Below are positions 11,867 to 21,677 of a DNA stretch of 64,000 nt, one piece after another. The DNA lies in assembly GCA_963662315.1 (NCBI GenBank), contig OY759353.1, positions 3,168,001 to 3,232,000 of the forward strand. Reading direction: 5' to 3'. Every line of letters starts with the position of its first letter. Within the stretch, counting starts at the first letter, position 1. This DNA is from Geopsychrobacteraceae bacterium (GTDB lineage: Bacteria; Desulfobacterota; Desulfuromonadia; Desulfuromonadales; Geopsychrobacteraceae). A program made the position numbers and the translations under genes. The notes under the pieces are model-generated. The model did no database searches. It worked only from the letters and a program-made list of their open reading frames with translations, and was not told the origin of the DNA.

Positions 11867-12577
11867 ATGCAAAAAATACTGGTTATAGATGATGATACCG
11901 AACTGTGTGAACTGCTGTCTGATTACCTGAGCAGCGAAGGATTTCAGATCAGTACCGTACATAACGGCAGTGAAGGCGCTGATCGGGCGTTGGCGGGAAA
12001 GCACGATCTGGTGGTTCTCGATGTCATGCTGCCCGGTATGAAAGGTTTTGATGTCCTGCGTAAAGTCCGGGAACAGAGTAAGGTGCCGGTGATTATGTTG
12101 ACGGCTCGGGGGGAGGACATTGATCGCATCGTTGGTCTGGAACTGGGCGCGGATGATTACCTGCCCAAGCCGTTTAATCCACGCGAATTGGTCGCCCGTA
12201 TCCGGGCGGTTGGGCGCCGAATAGACGGGAGCGTGTCTGCGGCAGGTGAAACCCTTGGCGTGACCGAGATCAGCGTCGGCGATGTGACCTTGTGTACTAC
12301 TAATCGCACGGTCAAGCGGCATGGAGAACTGGTTGATCTGACTTCGGTGGAGTTCAGCTTGCTGGAGCAGTTACTCAATAATGCCGGCAAGGTTCTCAGC
12401 CGGGAAGATCTGGTTAAAGAAGTCCTTGGTCGTCAGCTTTCGGCTTATGACCGCAGTATTGATGTGCATATGAGTGCTCTGCGCCGCAAATTGGGTCATT
12501 ATGATGCTGGTCTGGAACGTATTCGCACCGTGCGCGGGGTTGGTTACCTCTATTGTTTGCCGGAAGGGCAACCCTGA
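11867..12577 (+). CDS. cpxR: OmpR-family response regulator, CpxR-like
   Basis: REC domain (VIDDD, LDVMLP, GADDYLPKPF) plus winged helix (DRSIDVHMSALRRKL, IRTVRGVGY). Confidence 0.85.
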   Translation: MQKILVIDDDTELCELLSDYLSSEGFQISTVHNGSEGADRALAGKHDLVVLDVMLPGMKGFDVLRKVREQSKVPVIMLTARGEDIDRIVGLELGADDYLPKPFNPRELVARIRAVGRRIDGSVSAAGETLGVTEISVGDVTLCTTNRTVKRHGELVDLTSVEFSLLEQLLNNAGKVLSREDLVKEVLGRQLSAYDRSIDVHMSALRRKLGHYDAGLERIRTVRGVGYLYCLPEGQP

Positions 12578-13962
12578 TGCGTAGCCTGTTCTGGAAGATA
12601 TTCAGCAATTTCCTGTTGATTATTGTACTGATCGTATCGGTCGGGGTGACTTTGACCCTGATGCGTGATCAGGAATTCCCGCTACTGGCGCATCAGGAGT
12701 TCTCCCGCCGGGCCATTGCCGAATACGGTCGGGATGCTTTGACAGCCTATGATCGGTCAGGAAGCGCCGGGGTTGATGAGTACATTGAATCACTGCGGCG
12801 TAAATCGGGGATCGAACTGCTGTTACTGGATGAGTCTGGACGTTCCTTATCAAGCCGACAAGCGCCGCGCCGTATGCGCCGTATGATGGACCGTGCCCTG
12901 TGGAGCGGTGAAGTCATGCGACCTATGATGGGTAATCCTAATTCTGTCGCCGGGATCTATCGTGCGCCAGATGGGCGGCGCTTTCTGGTTTCCGTGGCAG
13001 TGCCTGCGCGAACTCGCCCCAGAGAGCTTATCGAGGCGTTAACCCACGGTTTTCTGGGTTGGAAACTACTGGTTTTGCTGGCAATCACAGCCGTTGTCTG
13101 CTGGTTATTGGCGCGTTCCTTGACCTCTCCGATTAAGCGCTTGCGCGAAGCAACCTGTCGCTTTGCCGATGGAGATCTGTCAACGCGCATCGGCACCAAG
13201 ATTACCGGAGGGCATGAGCTGGCCGCGCTGGCCCGAGATTTCGATGAAATGGCCATGAAGATTGAGGGCCTGGTCGGATCTCAGCAGCGCTTACTCAGGG
13301 ATATCAGTCATGAATTGCGCTCGCCCCTGGCCCGCCTGAGCATCGCGCTGGAACTGGCCCGGCAGAAACAGGGTGAAGGGAGTGAAAGAGCGCTAAACCG
13401 GATTGAGCTTGAGTCTCAGCGTATGAACGAAATGATCGGTCAGTTACTCAGCCTGACCCGTCTGGAAAGTGACATAAAAGAGATTAAAAGAACCTCCTTC
13501 GATCTGGCTCTCATGCTGGAACGGTTGGTCCATGACGCCGATTTTGAAGCAGCAGCAAAAGATTGTCACGTTGTTTACCAAGGTCCGTCACAACTGATTT
13601 GGCATGGTCATAAGGAGCTGTTGGCCAGAGCGGTAGAAAATGTCATACGTAACGCAGTGAAATATACGCAGAATAAAAGTGAGGTAAAGGTCAACCTGCA
13701 GGTTGTTGGGAACCATATCGTCCTGCAGGTGCAGGATAGTGGACCGGGGGTACCTGAGGCTGCTCTGGAAAAGCTGTTTATCCCCTTTTACCGGGTCGAA
13801 GATGACCGGGACCGTAAAAGTGGTGGAACCGGAATTGGCCTAGCTATTGCCGAGCGGGCAGTTAAGCTTCACGGTGGAATCATCAAAGCCGAAAATCGGG
13901 CTGAAGGGGGCTTGAAGATAGAAATGATATTTCCAAAAAAATGCATAAAATATATATATTGA
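12577..13962 (+). CDS. cpxA: HAMP-domain sensor histidine kinase, CpxA-like
   Basis: Two TM segments, HAMP, DISHELRSPL, NAVKY, DSGPG, GGTGIGLAI; TGATG overlap with the regulator. Confidence 0.85.
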   Translation: MRSLFWKIFSNFLLIIVLIVSVGVTLTLMRDQEFPLLAHQEFSRRAIAEYGRDALTAYDRSGSAGVDEYIESLRRKSGIELLLLDESGRSLSSRQAPRRMRRMMDRALWSGEVMRPMMGNPNSVAGIYRAPDGRRFLVSVAVPARTRPRELIEALTHGFLGWKLLVLLAITAVVCWLLARSLTSPIKRLREATCRFADGDLSTRIGTKITGGHELAALARDFDEMAMKIEGLVGSQQRLLRDISHELRSPLARLSIALELARQKQGEGSERALNRIELESQRMNEMIGQLLSLTRLESDIKEIKRTSFDLALMLERLVHDADFEAAAKDCHVVYQGPSQLIWHGHKELLARAVENVIRNAVKYTQNKSEVKVNLQVVGNHIVLQVQDSGPGVPEAALEKLFIPFYRVEDDRDRKSGGTGIGLAIAERAVKLHGGIIKAENRAEGGLKIEMIFPKKCIKYIY

Positions 13963-13987
13963 AAAAAATATGAATATGGGTTAGTTT
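13959..13987 (+). promoter_or_regulatory. Putative sigma-70 promoter of the small UGA-containing gene
   Basis: TTGAAA-N17-TAGTTT, ending 26 nt before ATG 14014. Confidence 0.45.
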
Positions 13988-14013
13988 AAGACTGTGAGAG
14001 AGATGGAGAATTT

Positions 14014-14187
14014 ATGGCAGATTTTCTGTATTTAATTGGCTTCATTGTTTTCTGGTATGTTTTGAACCGCTGGATTTTGCCCCGTATGGGGGTGCAGACG
14101 TGAATGTCTGATGCCTGTGAACTTCCGCGTGACGGAAAGAAAAAGAACAGTCAAAAATCTTCGGAGAATGTGGACGAGACACAATAG
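14014..14187 (+). CDS. Putative small membrane selenoprotein (57 aa, UGA at codon 30)
   Basis: GGAG RBS; MADFLYLIGFIVFWYVLNRWILPRMGVQT-(TGA)-MSDACELPRDGKKKNSQKSSENVDETQ-TAG-TAA. Hairpin TTCCG-CGTGA-CGGAA at 14123-14137. A terminator follows the TAG immediately. Confidence 0.6.
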
Positions 14188-14188
14188 T

Positions 14189-14230
14189 AACAGAAAACGC
14201 CCTGCTGGAATCAGCAGGGCGTTTTCTGTT
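14189..14230. terminator. Bidirectional intrinsic terminator
   Basis: Perfect 19-bp inverted repeat AACAGAAAACGCCCTGCTG-GAAT-CAGCAGGGCGTTTTCTGTT between convergent genes. Confidence 0.85.
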
Positions 14231-14295
14231 TAAACCAATTCCAAAACCATATCGGCAATAGTTGTATTGGGGAATTTTACTTAAGGCGTCCCTCA

Positions 14296-14676
14296 TCAGA
14301 ACTCATCGCATATATGGGCATCCCCTGCAGGTTCAGACGTATCACCGTCAGTGCCATCAGCAGAATCATTCTCGACCATATCCATGCAGGTGTTGATCGC
14401 TTTCAGGACCGGGTCGTTTTCCAATTTGTCATGATATTCAAGCACTGTCTGTTGCGCCTGATCGCGTTTGCCGCTGGCGCAAAGCGCCTGAAGCTTGGCA
14501 GCGAGTGCCAGGCTCTGCTGCTGATATTCCTGCAAGCGGCTCTGATCGATATTCTCCATGCAGCTCGCCATAGCCGCCAATTGCTGCAGGTCTGGTGCCT
14601 CAATATCTTGAGGAAGAGTTTGAGCGAATAGAGATGCTGGTATCAGCAGGATAAACAAAAGGCTAATCCATTTCAT
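14296..14676 (-). CDS. Hypothetical secreted protein
   Basis: Signal peptide MKWISLLFILLIPASLFA, four Cys, acidic tail, GGGGGA RBS. Confidence 0.7.
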   Translation of the reverse strand: MKWISLLFILLIPASLFAQTLPQDIEAPDLQQLAAMASCMENIDQSRLQEYQQQSLALAAKLQALCASGKRDQAQQTVLEYHDKLENDPVLKAINTCMDMVENDSADGTDGDTSEPAGDAHICDEF

Positions 14677-14831
14677 GGCTTCCCCCCTTTAAGAAATACT
14701 GTCAGTTGAAATTGAGGTGTTTGTTTCAATAGGCAATGCGATTAATATAATAGCAATGACAACGGCTTTTTCAACAAACATTAACTACTTAGGCCTGGAT
14801 ATGCCGGGCAACTATAAAAAGGTAAGAGCAT

Positions 14832-16247
14832 TCATAGGTAGGGTGAAAACAGCTTGCAGAACGAGTCGCGCAGACGCAATGGCATAGATCTGCGATCAAC
14901 CTCTTCAAGGGAGATTTCACGGGCAGCCAGGCGGCATTCATCGAAGTGGGTAATCAGCTCCGCGACAGTATCGTTAGCAAAAATCTCGACGTTAAATTCG
15001 AAATTAAGGCGCAAGCTGCGCGGATCGAGGTTGGCCGAACCGACCAGGGCATATTCATCATCGATGATCAGCAGCTTGCTGTGCACAAAAGGTGGTGGCT
15101 GGAAATAAATGTGGGTTTTAAGTTCGAGCAGTTCGAACAGGTAGGCATTGGAAGCCCAGGCAACATAAGGGAGGTTGTTTTTTGCAGGAAGCAGAATCTC
15201 AACCTTTACCCCGCGTAAGGATGCGGCATTAATCGCCGCAAGTTGGGCGCGGGTAGGAATGAAATAGGGGGTCATGATACGGATGTGGTGCTGGGCACAC
15301 GAGAGGGCACCAATGAATATCCAGTTGAGCTTTTCATGTTGCTCGTTGGGGCCGGCGCTGATACCGCGACAGCAGGCTTCTCCAACAGCAGGTATTGGCG
15401 GCCATTCTTTCGGTTTGCGTTTTTCATTGGTGGCGAAGTGCCAGTCTTCCATGAAGGCATCTCGAAACTGCCCTAGGATTGGTCCCTCAAGTTTAAAATG
15501 GATGTCGATGATACGATCAGGCTCCTGCCCGGAAGCCAGATGTTTTTTGCGAATATTCATGCCACCGGTAAAGCAGCAGCTACTGTCGACAATCAGCAGT
15601 TTGCGGTGATTGCGCAGGTTGAAATAAAAACTCTGTTGCAGGTTCAGAGGCAGGAACAAGGCCGACTGAACGGCTGTATTACGAAACCGGGAACGGATTT
15701 TTCGCAGCGAGTAAAGTTCTCCATAGGCGTCAATAAGAACACGGACGTCAACGCCGCGCTGGGCCGCGGCGATCAACGCTTCAGCAAAAACTTTGCCGGT
15801 TTTGTCGTCTTTGAAAATATAGCTACTGAGAAAGATGCACTGCTGCGCCTGGTTGATGGCCTCCAACATGGCTGGAAATGCCTGTTCGCCATTATGCAGA
15901 ACCTGAATCCGGTTTCCGTAGCGTAACGGTCGACGGGTGACAAAATCACTCAGGTTGATCAGCGCAGTGGCTGTGTGGCTGGTTGGAAAATGGGCCAGAT
16001 CGGTTGGCCGCGGCGGCTGGTCGACATGCAGCCAGTGCATCCCCTGCCCCTGTTCCTGCAGTTCGCGGGCGCGGGTACGAATGCGGTTGACTCCCAGCAG
16101 CCAGTAAAACAAGGCACCAATGCCGGGTAAGGCCATACAGGTCACAATCCAGCCTAGCGCAGCGCGCGGGTCGCGTTTGGACAACAGTGCGTGGCCGGCG
16201 GATAGCAGAGAGAAGATCCACAGACAGGCCAACAAAAGTGGCAGCAT
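14832..16247 (-). CDS. cls: Cardiolipin synthase (ClsA-type)
   Basis: Two N-terminal TM helices and two HKD motifs (NHRKLLIVD, HSKLLIID). Confidence 0.9.
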   Translation of the reverse strand: MLPLLLACLWIFSLLSAGHALLSKRDPRAALGWIVTCMALPGIGALFYWLLGVNRIRTRARELQEQGQGMHWLHVDQPPRPTDLAHFPTSHTATALINLSDFVTRRPLRYGNRIQVLHNGEQAFPAMLEAINQAQQCIFLSSYIFKDDKTGKVFAEALIAAAQRGVDVRVLIDAYGELYSLRKIRSRFRNTAVQSALFLPLNLQQSFYFNLRNHRKLLIVDSSCCFTGGMNIRKKHLASGQEPDRIIDIHFKLEGPILGQFRDAFMEDWHFATNEKRKPKEWPPIPAVGEACCRGISAGPNEQHEKLNWIFIGALSCAQHHIRIMTPYFIPTRAQLAAINAASLRGVKVEILLPAKNNLPYVAWASNAYLFELLELKTHIYFQPPPFVHSKLLIIDDEYALVGSANLDPRSLRLNFEFNVEIFANDTVAELITHFDECRLAAREISLEEVDRRSMPLRLRDSFCKLFSPYL

Positions 16248-16452
16248 CAAACCTCCACATGCAGGGCAAAAAGTGTGAGTATTCTATAGTCCATGTGCGG
16301 ATGGCATCTGCCCCCACTTTGGGTGATCCCTTTCTGGAAGATTAACAGGTTTGCCACGTGCTGTCTATTCAGGCGGACTTGAATGAATAGGTATTGGTGT
16401 AATAATCTTGCTAGGTTGTCTGATCTTGGGCAGGAGAAGCAGCGTGAAAATG

Positions 16453-16480
16453 AAAAAGGCTGCGCCTGGAAGACGCAGCC
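16453..16480 (-). terminator. Intrinsic terminator
   Basis: GGCTGCG...CGCAGCC stem followed by T5 on the minus strand. Confidence 0.65.
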
Positions 16481-16492
16481 CTGATTAACCCG

Positions 16493-16825
16493 TTAGCGTA
16501 ATGAAGTGCCGCAGCGTGGGCAGGTCAGAACCGTATTTGTTCTTACCTTTTCACCACATGTCGGGCAGTTGAACCAGTGCCGGCAATGACGGCATTGTTG
16601 TTCAGACAGCCCCTGCTTCTTTTTGCACTTGGGGCACTGGCGGTACATTTTACGATTTTTCAGGTAATCTTCAAAAAACAAACCACAGCGGGGGCATTCG
16701 GTTGCACCCGGTTTGATTTGTGTCTCACAGCCCGGTATGGGACATTTCAGTACAGTTTTGCAGCTGTTGCACCAGTAGTCCCCTTTTAGTTGTTCGCCAC
16801 ATGTCGGACATTTTTTTGTTGCCAT
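16493..16825 (-). CDS. Multi-zinc-ribbon (DZR-like) protein, 110 aa
   Basis: Eight Cys pairs (CPTC, CNSC, CPIPGC, CPRC, CPKC, CRHC, CPTC, CPRC); GGAG RBS before ATG 16825. Confidence 0.8.
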   Translation of the reverse strand: MATKKCPTCGEQLKGDYWCNSCKTVLKCPIPGCETQIKPGATECPRCGLFFEDYLKNRKMYRQCPKCKKKQGLSEQQCRHCRHWFNCPTCGEKVRTNTVLTCPRCGTSLR

Positions 16826-16948
16826 TGCGTGCTCCATAAATCGATTCTGGCTAGATGATGTTTCGATCTGAAGCCCTATCATAGTCGACAAACTGCAACT
16901 TGCCAAGAGACAAGAATTTTGTCTTGTATGACAGTGGTGTTCCCAAAC

Positions 16949-16975
16949 AAAAAAGTCGCCCTGGCAGGCGACTTT
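16949..16975 (-). terminator. Intrinsic terminator
   Basis: AAAGTCGCC-CTGGCA-GGCGACTTT with a T tail on the minus strand. Confidence 0.7.
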
Positions 16976-17028
16976 GACGTATTAAAAGCTTAAATTGCAG
17001 ATTCGGATAAGCCTTATGAGAGATATTT

Positions 17029-17427
17029 CTAAGGTGTCAGCTTGGCCGTAAGAGTCGGTTCATTACGTTTCATAACGAACAGGTAGCTTTCTTTAAGCTT
17101 TTTGGTAAAGAAGGTGCCCAGCCACAATGGGCTCCACACCAGACCGGCCATTAACCAGCCTTTGAGGGCTCCGGAATCGACCTTGTCTGCTTTGATGGTT
17201 AAGGCAATCTCTTCATATCCCTGACGTTTAACCTGGATATCATGTGAGGTCCCGGAGCTTAAGTGATAATCATAGCGAACCGGGGTCTGGCCAACCTCTT
17301 TACCATCGATCAGCACCAGGGCGCCGGAAGGTTCGGAGTGTATGAGGGCTTGTTGCGAAGCACAGGCGCTGAGGAATAATAAGGCAACAAGCAGGGCGAT
17401 GCATTTAAAACTGACACAACTTTTCAT
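17029..17427 (-). CDS. PEGA-domain lipoprotein
   Basis: Lipobox LSAC; SEPSGALVLIDGKEVGQTP is a PEGA pattern. Confidence 0.8.
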   Translation of the reverse strand: MKSCVSFKCIALLVALLFLSACASQQALIHSEPSGALVLIDGKEVGQTPVRYDYHLSSGTSHDIQVKRQGYEEIALTIKADKVDSGALKGWLMAGLVWSPLWLGTFFTKKLKESYLFVMKRNEPTLTAKLTP

Positions 17428-17464
17428 TTAGAAACTCCCTGCGGCTAATGTTGCCTGAAAACAA

Positions 17465-17480
17465 TGCAAAGCATATGCCT
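17465..17480 (-). promoter_or_regulatory. Putative sigma-54 promoter of the PEGA lipoprotein gene
   Basis: Minus strand reads AGGCATATGCTTTGCA (GG-N10-GC, with TTGCA at -12). Confidence 0.6.
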
Positions 17481-17661
17481 TCCTGTAAATAAAAGTGCAA
17501 GGGAGCATATCTCTCCCATGAAAAAAATGAAAAGCATCTGATTAAGGTGGGTTATCGGATCTTCATGAGCTTATAGTGCTGTTTTAATTAAACTTCTGGT
17601 TAATATGGATGTGGCAGATTTACGTCAGTTTTTGTCAACCTGTGCAGCAATTGCACTAATG

Positions 17662-20481
17662 TCAGCTTTTTGCAGGTAAATACTGACGCAAGAAGCGCCC
17701 CGTGTGCGATTCTTCACAAGCGGCCACGTCTTCCGGGGTTCCCGCAACCAGAATCAGTCCGCCATTACGTCCCCCTTCAGGTCCAAGATCGATGATATGA
17801 TCGGCAGTCTTGATGACATCAAGATTATGCTCGATAACCACCACCGTATTCCCGGTTTCAACCAGTCGGTCGAGAACTTCAAGCAGCTTATGGATATCGG
17901 CAAAGTGCAGTCCGGTGGTTGGTTCGTCAAGAATATAAATCGTTTTTCCCGTAGCGCGCTTGCCGAGTTCGCGGGCCAGCTTGACACGCTGCGCTTCACC
18001 CCCGGAGAGGGTCGTCGCGCTCTGGCCGAGTTTGATATAGCCGAGACCAACATCCCTGATCGTCTCAAGTTTGTTACTGATTTTAGGGATGTTTTCAAGG
18101 AATTTACTGGCCTGGTTGACGGTCATATCGAGAACCTCGGCGATGCTTTTGCCTTTGTATTTAACCTCCAGGGTTTCTCGATTATAGCGCGCCCCTTTGC
18201 ACACTTCGCATTGCACATAAACATCGGGAAGGAAGTGCATTTCAATTTTGATGATGCCGTCGCCACTACAGGCTTCACAACGCCCCCCTTTGACGTTGAA
18301 TGAGAAACGCCCGGCTTTGTAGCCGCGGATTTTGGCCTCCGGAAGTTGGGCAAACAGCTCCCGGACATCGGTAAATACACCGGTATAGGTGGCTGGGTTG
18401 GAACGTGGCGTGCGTCCAATCGGTGACTGGTCGATATCGATGACCTTGTCAAGCTGCTCAAGGCCGATGATCTCTCTGACCGGGCCCGATTTTTCGCGGG
18501 TGCGGTGCAGGCGCTGGGCGAGGGCTTTATACAGGGTTTCTATGACCAGGGAAGATTTTCCTGAACCGGATACGCCGGTAAAACAGGTCAGCACCCCCAA
18601 TGGTACCTTGACATCAACATCACGCAGGTTATTGGCCTGGGCCCCGCGGATTTCAAGCCAGCGGTCAGAGGTGCGCCGCTGTGCAGGCACTTCGATACGA
18701 CGTTTACCGGACAGGTATTCGCCGGTCAGCGAGCCGGGCACCGCCATGACCTGCTCCGGAGTTCCCTGGGCGACAACTTCTCCGCCGTGGACGCCTGCCG
18801 CAGGTCCCATATCGATAACATGGTCAGCGGCTGCGATGGTTTCCTCGTCATGCTCAACGACCAATACGGTGTTCCCCAGATCGCGTAAGCGTTTCAGGGT
18901 GGTCAGCAGGCGCTGATTGTCGCGTTGGTGCAGGCCGATGGACGGCTCATCAAGAATATAGAGCACGCCGGTCAGGGAGGAGCCGATCTGGGTGGCCAGT
19001 CGGATGCGTTGTCCTTCCCCTCCGCTCAAAGTTCCAGCACTGCGGTCAAGGGTCAGGTAATCAAGACCCACATGGGATAAAAAAGACAGGCGCTCGCGAA
19101 TTTCTTTAAGAATGCGGCGAGCGATCTCCATCTCTTTCGGTGGGAGTTGCAGCTCGGCAAAAAAGGTCTCGGCCTCGGCGATCGACATGCCGGTGGTTTC
19201 CCGGATATTTTTATCACCGACGGTAACATGCAGCGCTTCCGGACGTAAACGGGCCCCTTCGCAGGTCGCGCAGGGGATGACACTCATAAAGCGTTCAAGA
19301 TTTTCCCTCACACTGTCGGAATCGGTTTCGTGGTAGCGGCGTTCCAGATTGGGGATAACCCCTTCGAATGTTTTGTCGTAATAGTGCCGACGCTCGCCCT
19401 GATCGTAGAAAAAGCGGATCTCTTCGTCGCCGGACCCGTAAAGGATAATTTTCTGGATTTGCTCAGGAATTTTGCAAAATGGGGTGCGCAGATCAATATC
19501 GTAGTGCATGGCGATGGCTTCAAGCAGCGACTGATAATAGTAGCCGGTACGGGTATCCCATGGGACGATGGCCCCATCGCGCAACGACAGATCAGGATTG
19601 GGCACGACCTGCTCACGGTCAAAAAACATACGTGTCCCCAGCCCGCTGCAATCGGGACAGGCGCCATGGGGATTGTTGAAGGAGAACATGCGGGGGGTGA
19701 CTTCCGGATAGGACAGGCCACAGTCGATACAGGCGTGATTGGCAGAAAACAGGCGACTTTCGCCATCCGGTACTTCAATACGCACCAGCCCATCAGCCAG
19801 GCGCAGGGCGGTTTCGATGGAATCGGCCAGGCGCGAGGTGATATCCGGTTTGATGACCAGACGGTCAACCACAACTTCAAGAGTATGTTTCTTCTGTTTA
19901 TCAAGTTCGATCTTTTCACCCAGCTCATGCATGGTGCCATCGATGCGGATGCGCACGAAACCATCGGCCTGCAGCTGGGCCATTTCCTTGCGGTATTCCC
20001 CTTTGCGCTCACGCACGATAGGAGCCATGACCATCAGGCGAGTACGTTCGGGCAGTTGCATGACCTGATCAACCATCTGTTCGACGGTTTGGGAACTGAT
20101 CTTTTCGCCGCAACGGTGGCAGAGGATTTCGCCGACCCGGGCATACAACAGCCGCAGATAATCGTAGATTTCCGTGACGGTTCCAACTGTGGAACGCGGA
20201 TTTTTGGAGGTGGTTTTCTGCTCAATGGAGATGGCTGGAGACAGACCATCAATCTGGTCAACGTCCGGTTTTTCCATTTGCTCAAGAAACTGCCGGGCAT
20301 AGGCGGACAGACTTTCGACATAGCGACGCTGCCCTTCGGCATAGATGGTATCGAAAGCCAGGGTACTTTTGCCGGAACCGGAAACGCCGGTGATAATGAC
20401 CAGTTGATCCCTGGGAATGTCGATGTCGATGTTTTTCAGGTTGTGCTCACGGGCGCCACGGATTTTTATCTTGTCGATCAT
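17662..20481 (-). CDS. uvrA: Excinuclease ABC subunit A
   Basis: [10 protein letters not shown], two GVSGSGKS Walker A motifs, two LSGGE motifs, zinc fingers; 939 aa. Confidence 0.98.
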   Translation of the reverse strand: MIDKIKIRGAREHNLKNIDIDIPRDQLVIITGVSGSGKSTLAFDTIYAEGQRRYVESLSAYARQFLEQMEKPDVDQIDGLSPAISIEQKTTSKNPRSTVGTVTEIYDYLRLLYARVGEILCHRCGEKISSQTVEQMVDQVMQLPERTRLMVMAPIVRERKGEYRKEMAQLQADGFVRIRIDGTMHELGEKIELDKQKKHTLEVVVDRLVIKPDITSRLADSIETALRLADGLVRIEVPDGESRLFSANHACIDCGLSYPEVTPRMFSFNNPHGACPDCSGLGTRMFFDREQVVPNPDLSLRDGAIVPWDTRTGYYYQSLLEAIAMHYDIDLRTPFCKIPEQIQKIILYGSGDEEIRFFYDQGERRHYYDKTFEGVIPNLERRYHETDSDSVRENLERFMSVIPCATCEGARLRPEALHVTVGDKNIRETTGMSIAEAETFFAELQLPPKEMEIARRILKEIRERLSFLSHVGLDYLTLDRSAGTLSGGEGQRIRLATQIGSSLTGVLYILDEPSIGLHQRDNQRLLTTLKRLRDLGNTVLVVEHDEETIAAADHVIDMGPAAGVHGGEVVAQGTPEQVMAVPGSLTGEYLSGKRRIEVPAQRRTSDRWLEIRGAQANNLRDVDVKVPLGVLTCFTGVSGSGKSSLVIETLYKALAQRLHRTREKSGPVREIIGLEQLDKVIDIDQSPIGRTPRSNPATYTGVFTDVRELFAQLPEAKIRGYKAGRFSFNVKGGRCEACSGDGIIKIEMHFLPDVYVQCEVCKGARYNRETLEVKYKGKSIAEVLDMTVNQASKFLENIPKISNKLETIRDVGLGYIKLGQSATTLSGGEAQRVKLARELGKRATGKTIYILDEPTTGLHFADIHKLLEVLDRLVETGNTVVVIEHNLDVIKTADHIIDLGPEGGRNGGLILVAGTPEDVAACEESHTGRFLRQYLPAKS

Positions 20482-20506
20482 GATGAACTCGTTTTCTGTA
20501 CCGCTG

Positions 20507-21517
20507 TCAAACGACGGGAAATTTTTTCATGCTGACAGCCATGTGGTCGGCCATCTTGAGGGCGGCAACCAGGCTGGCACAATTAGCTGAGCCGCTGCCG
20601 GCGATGTTATAGGCAGTGCCATGGTCGACGCTGGTACGCACAATCGGCAGCCCCAGGGTGACATTGACCGCGTCCTCAAAGTGCAGCAGTTTCAGTGGGA
20701 TCAGCCCCTGGTCGTGGTACATGCAGATGACCGCATCGTATTCGCCACGGGCAGCAAAGAAAAACAGTGTGTCGGCACTGTGTGGGCCATCAACATTAAT
20801 CCCTTGAGCTTTGGCTGCTTCAATGGCAGGGGTAATCAGCCGCGCCTCCTCGTCGCCGAAGAGACCGTTTTCGCCGGCATGAGGATTAAGCGCCAGGACC
20901 GCCAGTTTCGGGTTGGTGAGCCCGAATTGCTGCTTGAGGCTGGTTGCGGTTATGCGGATGGTGGCACCGATTTCTTCACTGGTCAGGGCTTGCGGAACAT
21001 CCCTATACGCCAGGTGCGTAGTCACCAGGCTCACTTTGAGTCGGCTACCGGCCAGCATCATCACCACTTTAGGGGTATCACAGCGCTCCGCCAGTAATTC
21101 GGTGTGTCCGGGGAAATGATAGCCTGCTGCATTAATGGCCGCTTTATTGATGGGCGCAGTAACAATGCCAGCGGCCTGTCCGCCAAGGCACTGAGCTGTG
21201 GCATATTCGATATAATCCGCCATGGCTTTGCCGCAGGCTCTGTCCGGGTGACCATAGCGTAGGGTAGCGGGATTCAGGGCGGAAATGCTGTGCACAACAA
21301 ATTTGCGCTTTTTTACCGTAACGGTGTAGCGATTTTCGCCCAGATACTCAGGTTGCAGGTCCGTTTGAAAGATGGTGGCCGCCTGTTTCAGAACGTCAAT
21401 ATCGCCGACAATCTGCAGTGGATGCTGCAAGGCAGGGTGTTCACCGGCAAGAGTTTTGATAATCAGTTCCGGGCCGACGCCGGTAGGGTCGCCCATGGTA
21501 ATTAACAGCGGTTGCAT
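20507..21517 (-). CDS. pdxA: 4-hydroxythreonine-4-phosphate dehydrogenase
   Basis: [43 protein letters not shown]. Confidence 0.95.
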   Translation of the reverse strand: MQPLLITMGDPTGVGPELIIKTLAGEHPALQHPLQIVGDIDVLKQAATIFQTDLQPEYLGENRYTVTVKKRKFVVHSISALNPATLRYGHPDRACGKAMADYIEYATAQCLGGQAAGIVTAPINKAAINAAGYHFPGHTELLAERCDTPKVVMMLAGSRLKVSLVTTHLAYRDVPQALTSEEIGATIRITATSLKQQFGLTNPKLAVLALNPHAGENGLFGDEEARLITPAIEAAKAQGINVDGPHSADTLFFFAARGEYDAVICMYHDQGLIPLKLLHFEDAVNVTLGLPIVRTSVDHGTAYNIAGSGSANCASLVAALKMADHMAVSMKKFPVV

Positions 21518-21677
21518 GTTCTTCCTATAGCAGCAGGGTGCTGAAAATTGTCGCACGGACAGTTTCAACACCCTGATAAGATGAAAAGTTCAATAGATTA
21601 CTATAGCGGAAGAAGATTGCCGGAAACAAGGCCCAAGGTTAAAAAGACTTCTGGCCCCGGGAGGCCTCCGGATACAT

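Noticed and set aside
14042..14296. 84-aa minus-strand ORF from the track
   Set aside because: Runs through a strong terminator and overlaps the better-supported plus-strand small gene.
16290..16360. GGCAAACC..GAAA..CAAAG on the minus strand upstream of cls, reminiscent of a c-di-GMP-I riboswitch
   Set aside because: Spacing and pairing do not fit the GEMM P2 tetraloop/receptor pattern.
19330..20535. 401-aa ORF antisense to uvrA (and similar antisense ORFs over mfd, hflK, the MocR gene and the Aas fusion)
   Set aside because: Fully overlap conserved genes on the opposite strand; typical shadow ORFs.
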